NCBI GenBank assembly: GCA_041690135.1
Contig: JAWLHY010000002.1
Span: 624,342 to 688,341 of the forward strand
Direction of reading: 5' to 3'
DNA: 64,000 nucleotides
Origin: Armatimonadota bacterium
GTDB lineage: Bacteria; Armatimonadota; SYMT01
Positions 17,522 through 26,331 of the stretch are shown here, in pieces. Position numbers and translations under genes: made by a program. The notes beneath the pieces are model-generated. The model was not told the DNA's origin. It ran no database searches and saw nothing but the letters and a program-made list of their open reading frames with translations. Position 1 is the first letter of the stretch, and every line of letters begins with the position of its first letter.

Positions 17522-18667
17522 TTACCATTCTTTGGGGAGGGCGACCTCGCGCCGGCGCCAATCGTGCAGCACCTGCGCCACCCGCTCTCGGAGCGTGGCG
17601 CGTTTGGGAGCGAGAGCCGGCATCACGCGTGGCGGTTTCGGCCCGACGGCACACGCCTGCGCCAGGTGTTCCGGCTTCACGCCAAGGTCGTAAGGGTCAC
17701 GTCCCTTGCCGTAACGGATGGCATAGAACCCGTCGCCCCCCACGAACCGGGCGTCCGGCTGCAGCATGAGCTCGTTGGCGAGCCAGGGAATCCACTGGCG
17801 TTCGGCCAGGCTCTGCGGTCCGTTGAAGGCGAGGACCCAGGCGGTCCCCTCCTGGCCCACCTTTTCCGTGAAGTCCAGCACGCGGGCGTTGATGTAGCCC
17901 TGTCGCGGGAGATACCGCTTCCAATCGGGGCTGACCCGGAGCCGTAGCGGCGCCTGCCGGCGCTCCTGGCGGCGCAGCCGTTCCAGGATCAGCTCGGGAC
18001 TTCCGCCGCCGTCCAGGTCCGCGGCGTCCATGGCCTCCAGCAGCCGGGAGAGATTCCGCCGCATGGCCGCTGTGGTGTTTGCCGAGAGGGGTCCGAAGGT
18101 CTTGCTGCCGTGGTGCAGCACGTCCCATCCGGTGAGCCAGGCCAGGCCGTAGCCCCGGCGCCAGCATTGCAAAGTGGTAAAAGCCTCGTCGTAGCCGTAG
18201 CCGCTCATGGTCTCCGGCATGCCGCCCCAGGAACGGAAAGCGCTCGGGCGCACGGCCCAGCAGGCTCCGTTGATTCCGCCCTCGACGAACTCCAGATCGG
18301 CCTCACCCGCGGGCCGCCCCGGATTGAGCACCGCCAGCAGCGGCCAGTCCCGGAACGCCGCTTCCAGGCGAGCCAGGTCGCCCTCGGAGCGGAACTGGAG
18401 GTCGTTATTGGCGACGATCCAGACGTCCCCGCCGGCGACTGCTGCTCCGGCATTAACGGCGGCGCAGTAGTTGAACGGCTCGGAGCGGAAGGAAACGACC
18501 CGCGCGCCGATCTCGCGACAGAATTCGGCGGTGCCATCGGTGCTGCCGGAATCGACGATGATCCACTCCACCGCACTCTCGGGGTTGCCCCGTCGGACGC
18601 TTTCGACCAGTTCGCGCGTGTAGCTGAGACCGTTCAGGACCGGCACGATAAACGAGATCACACTCAA
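17522..18667 (-). CDS. Glycosyltransferase family 2
   Basis: ISFIVPVLN...IIVDSGSTDGT...NAGA...NND GT2 signature. Confidence 0.85.
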   Translation of the reverse strand: MSVISFIVPVLNGLSYTRELVESVRRGNPESAVEWIIVDSGSTDGTAEFCREIGARVVSFRSEPFNYCAAVNAGAAVAGGDVWIVANNDLQFRSEGDLARLEAAFRDWPLLAVLNPGRPAGEADLEFVEGGINGACWAVRPSAFRSWGGMPETMSGYGYDEAFTTLQCWRRGYGLAWLTGWDVLHHGSKTFGPLSANTTAAMRRNLSRLLEAMDAADLDGGGSPELILERLRRQERRQAPLRLRVSPDWKRYLPRQGYINARVLDFTEKVGQEGTAWVLAFNGPQSLAERQWIPWLANELMLQPDARFVGGDGFYAIRYGKGRDPYDLGVKPEHLAQACAVGPKPPRVMPALAPKRATLRERVAQVLHDWRRREVALPKEW

Positions 18668-18756
18668 CCTCTATTGCGTTCTGCGCATTCCGGAATACCG
18701 CCGCTTCCGGAACATCTAAGCTGCCAATAGAGGTTCCGTTTGTCAAGCCTCCGCCG

Positions 18757-19575
18757 CTACCCCGTGCGGTTGCAGTGCACGATTTCCACGGCTGCCCGGA
18801 ACTGGTCCGGGCTTGGCGTGCACTCCGCCATCAGGGCCAGTTTCCGCGCGGCTGCCGCGGGATCCTGAAGCACGTCTTCATAGTGAAGTTCCAGATAGGC
18901 GCGGGAAAGACGCATCGCACGGTTGCATTCCGCGACGTAGGCACTGCAGAGGTACCGGCAGTATGCGGGGTCCAGGCAAGGATCGGGCGGAAGTGCAGGC
19001 AGGATTCCCAGCCGGCGGGCGTTGGCCTTGATCCGGGCCACCGCGGACAACGTGGAAGGGGAGGGGGTACCGGACTGCGCCCAGTGGAGTGCCCGCCGGT
19101 GCAGACTGGCGACCACGGCTTCCGGGTCTCGCCGGACGTGAATGACGCGCGCATCGGGGAACAGGTCCAGCCAGAGGGGAAGCGTCACGCTGTTTCGCGG
19201 GTCTTTCCATCCCCAAGGGCCGGAATAGGCGGCCGGCACGGGACTTAGGAAACTGTCCAGCAGAGAGCCGTAGGTAGCCCGCTGGAGAGCCAATTGCGCG
19301 AGCGTTCGAAACGCGGGGCGATCGCGCTTGTGGAGAAACGGGTCCACCCGAGACCAGGTCGCACGGGCTCCGCGCAACAGCATCTCGTTGAGCCGGAAGA
19401 AGGTAGCCGCCTCGGCGTAGCCATTGAGCCGGCACTCCGCGCCGGGTGCGCCGAGCAGTGCACCCGGCACGGCGGCACACTCCGGACCGATGTATACACC
19501 CAGAGCGCCGAGCATCGCCGCCGCCATGCTCGTCCCGGAGCGGTGCATCCCAATAATGATGACCGGCGGATTCAT
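18757..19575 (-). CDS. Sulfotransferase family protein
   Basis: IIIGMHRSGTS (5'-PSB loop), WGWKDPR, IHVRRDP...S. Start trimmed to MNPP. Confidence 0.9.
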   Translation of the reverse strand: MNPPVIIIGMHRSGTSMAAAMLGALGVYIGPECAAVPGALLGAPGAECRLNGYAEAATFFRLNEMLLRGARATWSRVDPFLHKRDRPAFRTLAQLALQRATYGSLLDSFLSPVPAAYSGPWGWKDPRNSVTLPLWLDLFPDARVIHVRRDPEAVVASLHRRALHWAQSGTPSPSTLSAVARIKANARRLGILPALPPDPCLDPAYCRYLCSAYVAECNRAMRLSRAYLELHYEDVLQDPAAAARKLALMAECTPSPDQFRAAVEIVHCNRTG

Positions 19576-20134
19576 CCGTCGGAAACGGGGGTGAACACCG
19601 AGGGGCAGGACGGGCTCCGCGTTCCGGATTCCGAAAGACCCGAGCGGGAATGAGGCGGTCGGCTTCCGGGACCCAGATCGAGTCGGTTCGTGCACCACAA
19701 GTCTCCTCCGGGCGCGCGGAATTGCGCAGCGACAGAGGCCGCACGAAAGAGAGGCGGCGGCCGCTGGGGTGCCCGTGATCGAGGTCACCCCATGGCCACG
19801 GCAGCAAATGAGGCCGCATCGGTCTCCCGAAGCGTTCGAAGAAGGAGATGGTTCGTCCGTGGGAAAACGTCCTGGTGAGAAACGATACCCTCGTACTCTC
19901 ACCGGTCACAGGTCCGCCACGACCTGTGACCGGGTCTCACCCGGCCGGAATCCTTCAGAACTCTGGCTTCCCCTGGTTCGTGCCTACCACGATTTCGGAC
20001 GTTCGATGTCTCTCTCCCATGCCAGCCCGGTAATGGGAGCCTTACTCTCCCGCGCCGGCGGAGCGTCACAGGACTTGTAGGCTTGTCCCTTTAGACGCTG
20101 GTCTTGCGGAGATGTTAAGAAAAACCGAACAAAT

Positions 20135-20881
20135 CTAAGGAGTATCTAAGTGGTGGGCGTGGGCGAGGTAGCGGTCGACCACCGTTTGCGGGTCGGCGTC
20201 GAGCCGAACCTTGCCGTGCTCCATCCAGACGGCCCGGGTGGCGACCCGCAGCACGTCCGTCATTTCGTGGGACACGAAGAGGAGGGTTCGGCCCTCGGCC
20301 TTGAGCGCGTCGATACGGGCGAAGCACTTTTCCTGGAACTCCTCATCCCCCACGGCCAGGGCCTCGTCGACGAGCAGGATCTCCGCGTCGGTATGCACCG
20401 CGATGGAGAAGCCCAGGCGCATGAACATACCCGAGCTGTAGGTGCGCATCGGGGCGTCGATGAACTGGCGCAGTTCGGCGAAATCGATCATGGCGTCCGC
20501 ACGCTCCGCGACCTGGCGGCGGGTCAGCCCGAGGATGACGCCGTTTAACTCGATGTTTTCGCGCCCGGTCAGCTCGGGATGGAAGCCGGCCCCCAACTCC
20601 AGAAGAGGCGCTACGCGGCCCCTCACGGCCAGGGTGCCGGAAGAGGGGAGATAGATCCGCCCCACGAGGCTAAGGAAGGTGCTCTTGCCCGAGCCGTTCC
20701 GGCCCACCAGCGCCACCGCTTCTCCGGGCTGGATGGCGAGGTCCAGGCCCTGAAGGGCGTTCACTTCCTGGCGCGTGTGCTTGCCGCGGGAGAGGAGCCG
20801 CGACTTCAGCGAGGCGGTGTGGAGCGACAGCACAAAGGTCTTGTGCAGGTCGCGGGCTTCGATGATCGGCTGGGTTCCCAT
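20135..20881 (-). CDS. wzt: Polysaccharide ABC transporter ATP-binding protein (Wzt/TagH-like, no C-terminal CBM)
   Basis: GRNGSGKST, ELGAGFHPELTGREN, YSSGM, DEALAVGD, VSH. Confidence 0.9.
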   Translation of the reverse strand: MGTQPIIEARDLHKTFVLSLHTASLKSRLLSRGKHTRQEVNALQGLDLAIQPGEAVALVGRNGSGKSTFLSLVGRIYLPSSGTLAVRGRVAPLLELGAGFHPELTGRENIELNGVILGLTRRQVAERADAMIDFAELRQFIDAPMRTYSSGMFMRLGFSIAVHTDAEILLVDEALAVGDEEFQEKCFARIDALKAEGRTLLFVSHEMTDVLRVATRAVWMEHGKVRLDADPQTVVDRYLAHAHHLDTP

Positions 20882-21777
20882 TACGCCCGCTCCGCCAGTT
20901 TCCATTTGCGGGTGCAGAAGTAGCGGTAGCCCAGGACCAGGATGGCGAGGGAGGTCAGCATCGCGACTCCCAGGAATCCCCACTCGGCGCCGGTCATGGG
21001 TGGGGTGGCCACCGCCAGCCCTTTCTCATCCACCACGCCCAACATCTTGGTGGGTACCAGCGAAAGCTTCCGGAAGGCGGTGATAAATGCGGCCAGGGGA
21101 TTGAGCATGTAGAGCATGTAGGCCTCCCGGTTCCAGGTGAAGTCGTCCTTCATCAGGATCATGTCCGCCCAGTAGACCACCGGCACCATCCAGTAGAAGA
21201 TTTTGAGCCCGCTGTCGGCGATGAACCGGACGTCCTCGAAGTAGAGCGCCCACACGGAAATAATCATCGCCGCGCCGGTCACCAGCATCAGCAGTCCCAG
21301 CATCGGCAGCGGGATCAGAAGGACTGACCACTGGAGGGACCACTCGAACTTCTTCCCAAAGAGCATCCAGAAGAAGGCGTTGCCGGCCGTGTAGATCAGG
21401 AAGACGACGGTGGCGAGGAGAAAGTGCACCAGGTTGGCAGCGACGGTGGCCAGCGGTACCAGCTCGCGGGGGAAGTAGGTCCGGCGCATCAACTGGTGGT
21501 AGTTGAGCAGGGAAGCGGCGGAATCCATCATCGCCGTGCTGAAGAAAAGCCAGGGCAGCGTCGCGCAGAACGTGTAGAGGTGGTAGTTCTCCGGCTTGCT
21601 TCCTTTGGGCATCAGGAAGAGGATGGCGAAGGTGATGGTGAGCACCTGCAGCAGCGGGTTGACCATCGACCACCCGAACCCCAGCACGGAGTTCTTGTAG
21701 CGCACCTTGAGGTCCCGGCGCACGAAGATGTACAGCAGCTCCCGGTAGCGCCACAGTTCTCGCAGCTCGTTCAGCAT
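20881..21777 (-). CDS. wzm: Polysaccharide ABC transporter permease (Wzm, ABC-2 type)
   Basis: YRELL...RDLKVRYKNSVLGFGW...NPL, YFPRE, LNPL; 6 TM segments. Confidence 0.9.
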   Translation of the reverse strand: MLNELRELWRYRELLYIFVRRDLKVRYKNSVLGFGWSMVNPLLQVLTITFAILFLMPKGSKPENYHLYTFCATLPWLFFSTAMMDSAASLLNYHQLMRRTYFPRELVPLATVAANLVHFLLATVVFLIYTAGNAFFWMLFGKKFEWSLQWSVLLIPLPMLGLLMLVTGAAMIISVWALYFEDVRFIADSGLKIFYWMVPVVYWADMILMKDDFTWNREAYMLYMLNPLAAFITAFRKLSLVPTKMLGVVDEKGLAVATPPMTGAEWGFLGVAMLTSLAILVLGYRYFCTRKWKLAERA

Positions 21778-21962
21778 CTCATCCGGTTCCGCACTCCGGC
21801 CGCGCCCTGCGATCCCGCTCCCGCCCCGGCACCTCGCGCGTCCATACTCCCATACTCCCATGCTCCCACCCGCCGGTTCCATCCGGAGCCGGGAACGGGA
21901 ACCGATCTCACGGGTTGTGCGATACTCTGGGGGGAGCATCGCGCTCACCCCTGACCTCACGG

Positions 21963-22646
21963 ATGGACTTGCCCATGGCTTCCGAACTCGAGTGGAACGC
22001 CCACTCCGTCACCGCGCTGCTCACCCCGCCAGGAAGCCGCGTCCTCGATATCGGGTGCGGATTCGGCAGTGTAGCGAAACGCCTGCAAGCGGCCGGCTGT
22101 GAAGTCATCGGGATTGAGCCCGACCCGGAGCGCCGTCAACAGGCCACGGCCTACTGTGCCCGCGTGCTGGACGGGACGGCTGAGGGACTGGATCAACTCG
22201 GACTGGACCCCGCCAGCTTCGATGTCATCCTGTTCACGGATGTGCTGGAGCACCTGGTGGACCCCTGGTCCACGCTGACAGCCGTCCTCCGCTACCTCAA
22301 GCCTGAGGGCCGCGTGGTCATCAGCATCCCGAACGTGGCCAACTTCGGGGCCCGCGTGAACCTGCTGAAAGGGCAGTTTCGCTACCAGCAGGCGGGTCTC
22401 TACGACCGCACCCACCTCCGGTTCTTCACCCGGGAGACGCTGGAGGAGATGGTCCGCGGGGCCGGCCTGCGCGTGGTGGAGTGGCACTATACCACGAACC
22501 TGACGGACACGCGGATCGTCCGCGGCACCGTCGGCCGCATCAAGCCGCTGTACTCGCTGGTTCGCCGTCTGGACCGGTGGTCCACCTACCGGGCCAACCG
22601 GCTGCTCTCGCTGCAGTTCGTGATCGCGTGCGAGCGTGAGGCGTAG
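21963..22646 (+). CDS. Class I SAM-dependent methyltransferase
   Basis: VLDIGCGFG, DVLEHLVDP, SIPNV, DRTHLRFFT. Confidence 0.9.
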   Translation: MDLPMASELEWNAHSVTALLTPPGSRVLDIGCGFGSVAKRLQAAGCEVIGIEPDPERRQQATAYCARVLDGTAEGLDQLGLDPASFDVILFTDVLEHLVDPWSTLTAVLRYLKPEGRVVISIPNVANFGARVNLLKGQFRYQQAGLYDRTHLRFFTRETLEEMVRGAGLRVVEWHYTTNLTDTRIVRGTVGRIKPLYSLVRRLDRWSTYRANRLLSLQFVIACEREA

Positions 22647-22930
22647 GGCATATTGCGTATTGCGCATCGCGTATTGCTCGTGCGGCAGGTGAGCGAGGGG
22701 GCGGGATTGCTGCCTCGTGCGTGATCCTCGTGCGGTGGGCGAGTGCACGGCCGCAACGGGTGCCTCGGATAGATGCAAGCGTGATACGTAAGCCGTAAGG
22801 GACGTGCAGGGGTGCTTGCTTGGAGCAGGGCGGGCCGCCTCGCATCAACGGAGAGCGTGGAACGTAAAACGTGAGGCTTGGGACGGGAAGGATAGCCTCT
22901 CACCGAGATCACCCCTGCGTGGCTACGGGT

Positions 22931-22979
22931 GGGCGAGTAAACTCGCGCCTACAAACAGCGAAGCCGACCTACGTCGGCT
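22931..22979 (-). repeat. GTAG-type REP-like palindrome with companion hairpin
   Basis: Minus strand GTAGGCGCGAGTTTACTCGCCC (GTAG foot plus hairpin), and AGCCGAC-CTAC-GTCGGCT. Confidence 0.55.
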
Positions 22980-23105
22980 GTGGGGCGACGAACAAGGGCG
23001 GTTCAACCCGGAGTCCCGGAACTTGTAGTAGCTTGGCGGCTTCGCGGCTTGGCGCGAGGTATCGGCCGTTACAGCTTGGCGCGAGACAACAGCCGTAACG
23101 GGTGC

Positions 23106-24503
23106 TTAGAGGAGCACTGATTGTAGGGGTTCGCCGTCGCAGGCGCGGAAGGGGCGCTCCAGGCGGTCGGTGACCTCGACGTCGGGAGGGATGCCGAGGC
23201 AGTGGTAGATGGTGGCGTGGAGGGCGGAGGGCTCAACGCGGTCGGCGGCGGGGTAGGCGCCCCGGCTGTCCGAAGCTCCGTAGACGACACCCGGACGGAT
23301 GCCGCCGCCGGCCAGCGCCACGGGGAAAACGTGGCCCCAGTGGTCTCGGCCGCCGTTCTTGTTGAAGTGCGGAGTCCGGCCGAACTCGCCCATCCAGATC
23401 ACGAGGGTTTCGTCTAGTAGCCCGCGCGTCTCCAGGTCCTCAATCAGCGCGGCCACGCCCTGGTCCATGGGGGGCATCAGGGCGTCCTTGATTCGTGCGT
23501 TGTGGTCGGCATGCGTGTCCCAGACGGGGCTGCCGATACTGAAGTCTCCCGGCTCCCGCGGCCAGTTGACGGTCACCAGCCGCACGCCCGCTTCCACCAG
23601 GCGGCGGGCCAACAGGCAGGACTGTCCCCACTTATGCGCGCCGTATTTCTCCCGAAGCGCCCGCGGCTCGCGGCCGAGGTCGAAGGCGGCCCGTGTTTCC
23701 CCCGCGGTCAGGAGATCGAACGCCTGCTCCGAGATCAGGTTATCCTTCAGGAAGGTCTCGCGTGACTGGGCGGCGTCTAGCGCCCGGTTCACTTGCTGGA
23801 GCAGGCCGCGCCGGCGGTCGAGGCGCGCTGCCGGGAGTTCGGGAAGCGGGGTGAGACCGGGCACCTGGAAGTTCGGGGCGTGGGGATCGCACTCGAGCAG
23901 GAATGGCTCGTGCTCCACGGACATGAACCCGGCGTTCTGTCCCGCGACAATGATGCCCGGATTGTTCTTCACCAGCTCCGGCAGGGTGATGGTGGAGGGG
24001 AGCCGGCCGCTGCGGGGGAGCAGACGGCGGGTCACCGCGCCCAGGTGGGGCCAGTCGGACGGGTCCGGCGGGATCGACTCGCCGCTTCGATTGCGGTGTG
24101 GATGCCCGGTGAGCATCCAGTAGCCGCTGCCCGTGTGGGCGTTGACGTCCGTGGCCATCGACCGGATTACGGCGAAGCGGTTCGCCACCCGGGCCAGCCG
24201 GGGCATCAATTCGCCGACCTGGAGCCCGTCGATACTGGAGGGGATCGCCCCGAAGGCCCCGCGGACCTCGGCGGAAGCCTCCGGCTTGGGGTCCCACGTC
24301 TCGTGCTGCGGCGGTCCCCCAACGAGGTAAAGCAGGATACAGGAGCGGGCCTTGCCGAAGGAGCGTGAGGAAGACGCGGCGGCCGGTTGCCGGAGCAGCC
24401 CGGTGAGGGTGAGCCCACCGATCCCCAGCCCACCGACGCGCAGCATTTCGCGCCGGCTCAGCCCGTCGCAGAGCTGAGCTTCTTCGCCCAATACCCGGAA
24501 CAC
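23106..24503 (-). CDS. DUF1501 domain protein
   Basis: CDGLSRREMLRVG, GGPPQHETWDPKP, LLARRLVEAGV, WDTH, GEFGRTP, GRDHW. GTG start with SD GGGAG; the extension to 25304 is spurious. Confidence 0.9.
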   Translation of the reverse strand: MFRVLGEEAQLCDGLSRREMLRVGGLGIGGLTLTGLLRQPAAASSSRSFGKARSCILLYLVGGPPQHETWDPKPEASAEVRGAFGAIPSSIDGLQVGELMPRLARVANRFAVIRSMATDVNAHTGSGYWMLTGHPHRNRSGESIPPDPSDWPHLGAVTRRLLPRSGRLPSTITLPELVKNNPGIIVAGQNAGFMSVEHEPFLLECDPHAPNFQVPGLTPLPELPAARLDRRRGLLQQVNRALDAAQSRETFLKDNLISEQAFDLLTAGETRAAFDLGREPRALREKYGAHKWGQSCLLARRLVEAGVRLVTVNWPREPGDFSIGSPVWDTHADHNARIKDALMPPMDQGVAALIEDLETRGLLDETLVIWMGEFGRTPHFNKNGGRDHWGHVFPVALAGGGIRPGVVYGASDSRGAYPAADRVEPSALHATIYHCLGIPPDVEVTDRLERPFRACDGEPLQSVLL

Positions 24504-24600
24504 GCTGGTAGTTCTCCCGTTCTTGATGGGTGAACTGACACCCGGAGGGGCGGAGAGTTTCGCCCGACGTGTGTTGCAGAGATGGGATGGGTGTGGCGGG

Positions 24601-24802
24601 AGGTTGCTGCTGGGTTGAGAGGTTGAAGGTTGAAGGTTGAAGGTTGAAGGTTGAGTGTTGAAGCCCCCCTCGGCGGCCAGGGGTTGAAGGTTGGAAGGTT
24701 GAAGGTTGGGACCCAGGGGTCCAAAGTGAGTATGGGTTGGCGGGACGAGATCAGGATTGCAGCTCCCCTCGGGGGCTGAAGGTTGGAAGCCCCGAGGGGG
24801 GC
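24601..24802. repeat. GGTTGAA heptamer tandem arrays with embedded inverted repeat
   Basis: (ggttgaa)n runs at 24621-24653 and 24682-24708; CCCCTCGGGGGCT...AGCCCCGAGGGG inverted repeat. Confidence 0.8.
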
Positions 24803-24821
24803 CGGGGTTGGAGGTGTCGAA

Positions 24822-25763
24822 ATGCTTTCGAGTGCAAGCTGGTCGGTGAGGCGGCGACGCTGGGTCCTCGTGGCCCTGGGCCTGGCGTCCGTGGGCGGCA
24901 TCTTCGGGGGCGCATCGTGGTCCGCGGGCGCAACCCAGGCGAAAGAAGGGGTCGCCGTTGCGGAGCAGGTTTACAAGCAGACGCCGCAGGGAGAGCTGAA
25001 GCTGTTCGTCCACTATCCACCGGACTGGAAGGCGACCGACCGTCGCCCCGCCATTGTTTTCTTCTTCGGCGGGGGCTGGCGGCAGGGCACGCCGAACCAG
25101 TTTCTCACCCAGGCCGAGTATCTGGCGCAGCGGGGGATGGTCGCCGTGCGCGCGGACTACCGGGTTTCCAGCCGGCATAAGACCACCCCAGACCGCTGCG
25201 TGGAGGATGCCAAGACGGCCCTCCGCTGGGTCCGAAAGCGGGCGGGGGAACTGGGGGCGGATCCAGACCGGATCGCCGGGGCCGGGGGTTCCGCGGGAGC
25301 GCATTTGGCGGCCTGCGCGGCCCTGCTGGACCCGGCGGTGCTCAGCGATCCCGCGGACGAGGCGTCGATCTCTCCAAAGCCGAATCTCCTGGTGCTCTTC
25401 AACCCGGCGCTGGAATTACGGGGCCGGGGGATCAAGAACGGAGAGGGGAAGGACATTTCCGCCCTGATCAGCCCCAACGCCTACCTGCGGAAGGGCCTCC
25501 CTGCAACGGTGATGTTCTTCGGCACGGCGGACGCGATGCTGCCCGACGCGCGCGAGTTCGTCCAGCGGTCGCGCAAGGCAGGCAACACGGCGGAGCTGTA
25601 CACCGCCGTCGATCAGCCCCATGCCTTCTTCAACCGTCCGCCCTGGAAGGAACTGACGCTGATCCAGACGGATCGCTTCCTCACGGCCCACGGCTATCTG
25701 AAGGGGGAGCCCACCCTCCCGCTCCCAGCCGGAACGACCCAGGAATTGGTCCGGGAACCGTGA
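24822..25763 (+). CDS. Secreted alpha/beta hydrolase (esterase/lipase)
   Basis: FFGGGW oxyanion loop, GGSAG nucleophile, GTAD and HAF catalytic residues. Confidence 0.9.
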   Translation: MLSSASWSVRRRRWVLVALGLASVGGIFGGASWSAGATQAKEGVAVAEQVYKQTPQGELKLFVHYPPDWKATDRRPAIVFFFGGGWRQGTPNQFLTQAEYLAQRGMVAVRADYRVSSRHKTTPDRCVEDAKTALRWVRKRAGELGADPDRIAGAGGSAGAHLAACAALLDPAVLSDPADEASISPKPNLLVLFNPALELRGRGIKNGEGKDISALISPNAYLRKGLPATVMFFGTADAMLPDAREFVQRSRKAGNTAELYTAVDQPHAFFNRPPWKELTLIQTDRFLTAHGYLKGEPTLPLPAGTTQELVREP

Positions 25764-26293
25764 GCCGCCGCCCACGGAACAAAGGAGAGATAGGGGACGG
25801 AGTCACCCCCATCGATCGGTCGATGAAAGCCCTGATCCGGGAGGTACCGGAAGCTTTTGCGCCGCTGTTGGTGCTATGCGAAGATAATCCCAGGGATGAG
25901 ACGCTGCAACTGGAGCGCGAGCTGATCCTGCGAGCTGCCGTTCCCGAGCCGGTGCGCTCGGAGTTGCTGGCCGTGGCGCTGACCGTGGGAGCGCGTTACT
26001 TCTCACGCGACTTGTTGTACGAGTTCTTTCGAAAGGAGCTCGAGATGGTCAAGGGTTCCGGGATCGTTGAAGAGTGGGTGAACGAAGCCGCCGAGAGGGC
26101 GGCTGCAAAGGCGGCGGAGGGTGCTCGGACGGCCGAAGCACGAGACATGCTCTTGATGGTCTTGCGACAGAAGTTCGGTGTACTCTCACCTAGAGCGGTG
26201 TCCGTGGTGCAGGCGGCTGATCAGCAGTCGTGCCACCGGATGCTGAGCCGTGTGGTTGCCGGGGAAACGCTCCAGGAACTGGGCCTCGATTAG
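25760..26293 (+). CDS. Rpn/DUF4351-like protein, apparently lacking the central nuclease region
   Basis: N-terminal D.SMK.L..E.P.AF motif joined directly to the C-terminal helical part (…LRQKFG.L…LQELGL). No PD-(D/E)xK segment visible. Confidence 0.5.
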   Translation: MSRRPRNKGEIGDGVTPIDRSMKALIREVPEAFAPLLVLCEDNPRDETLQLERELILRAAVPEPVRSELLAVALTVGARYFSRDLLYEFFRKELEMVKGSGIVEEWVNEAAERAAAKAAEGARTAEARDMLLMVLRQKFGVLSPRAVSVVQAADQQSCHRMLSRVVAGETLQELGLD

Positions 26294-26331
26294 CTCCCGA
26301 ACGGGCTACTCGCAGGGAAACACTCACCGTT

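Noticed and set aside
24601-24802. Repeat arrays as CRISPR
   Set aside because: Units are 7-8 bp and contiguous, with no unique spacers and no cas genes.
24504-25304. 267-aa N-terminal extension of the DUF1501 ORF
   Set aside because: Reads through heptamer repeats and the antisense of the hydrolase; the GTG at 24503 has an SD and a typical family N-terminus.
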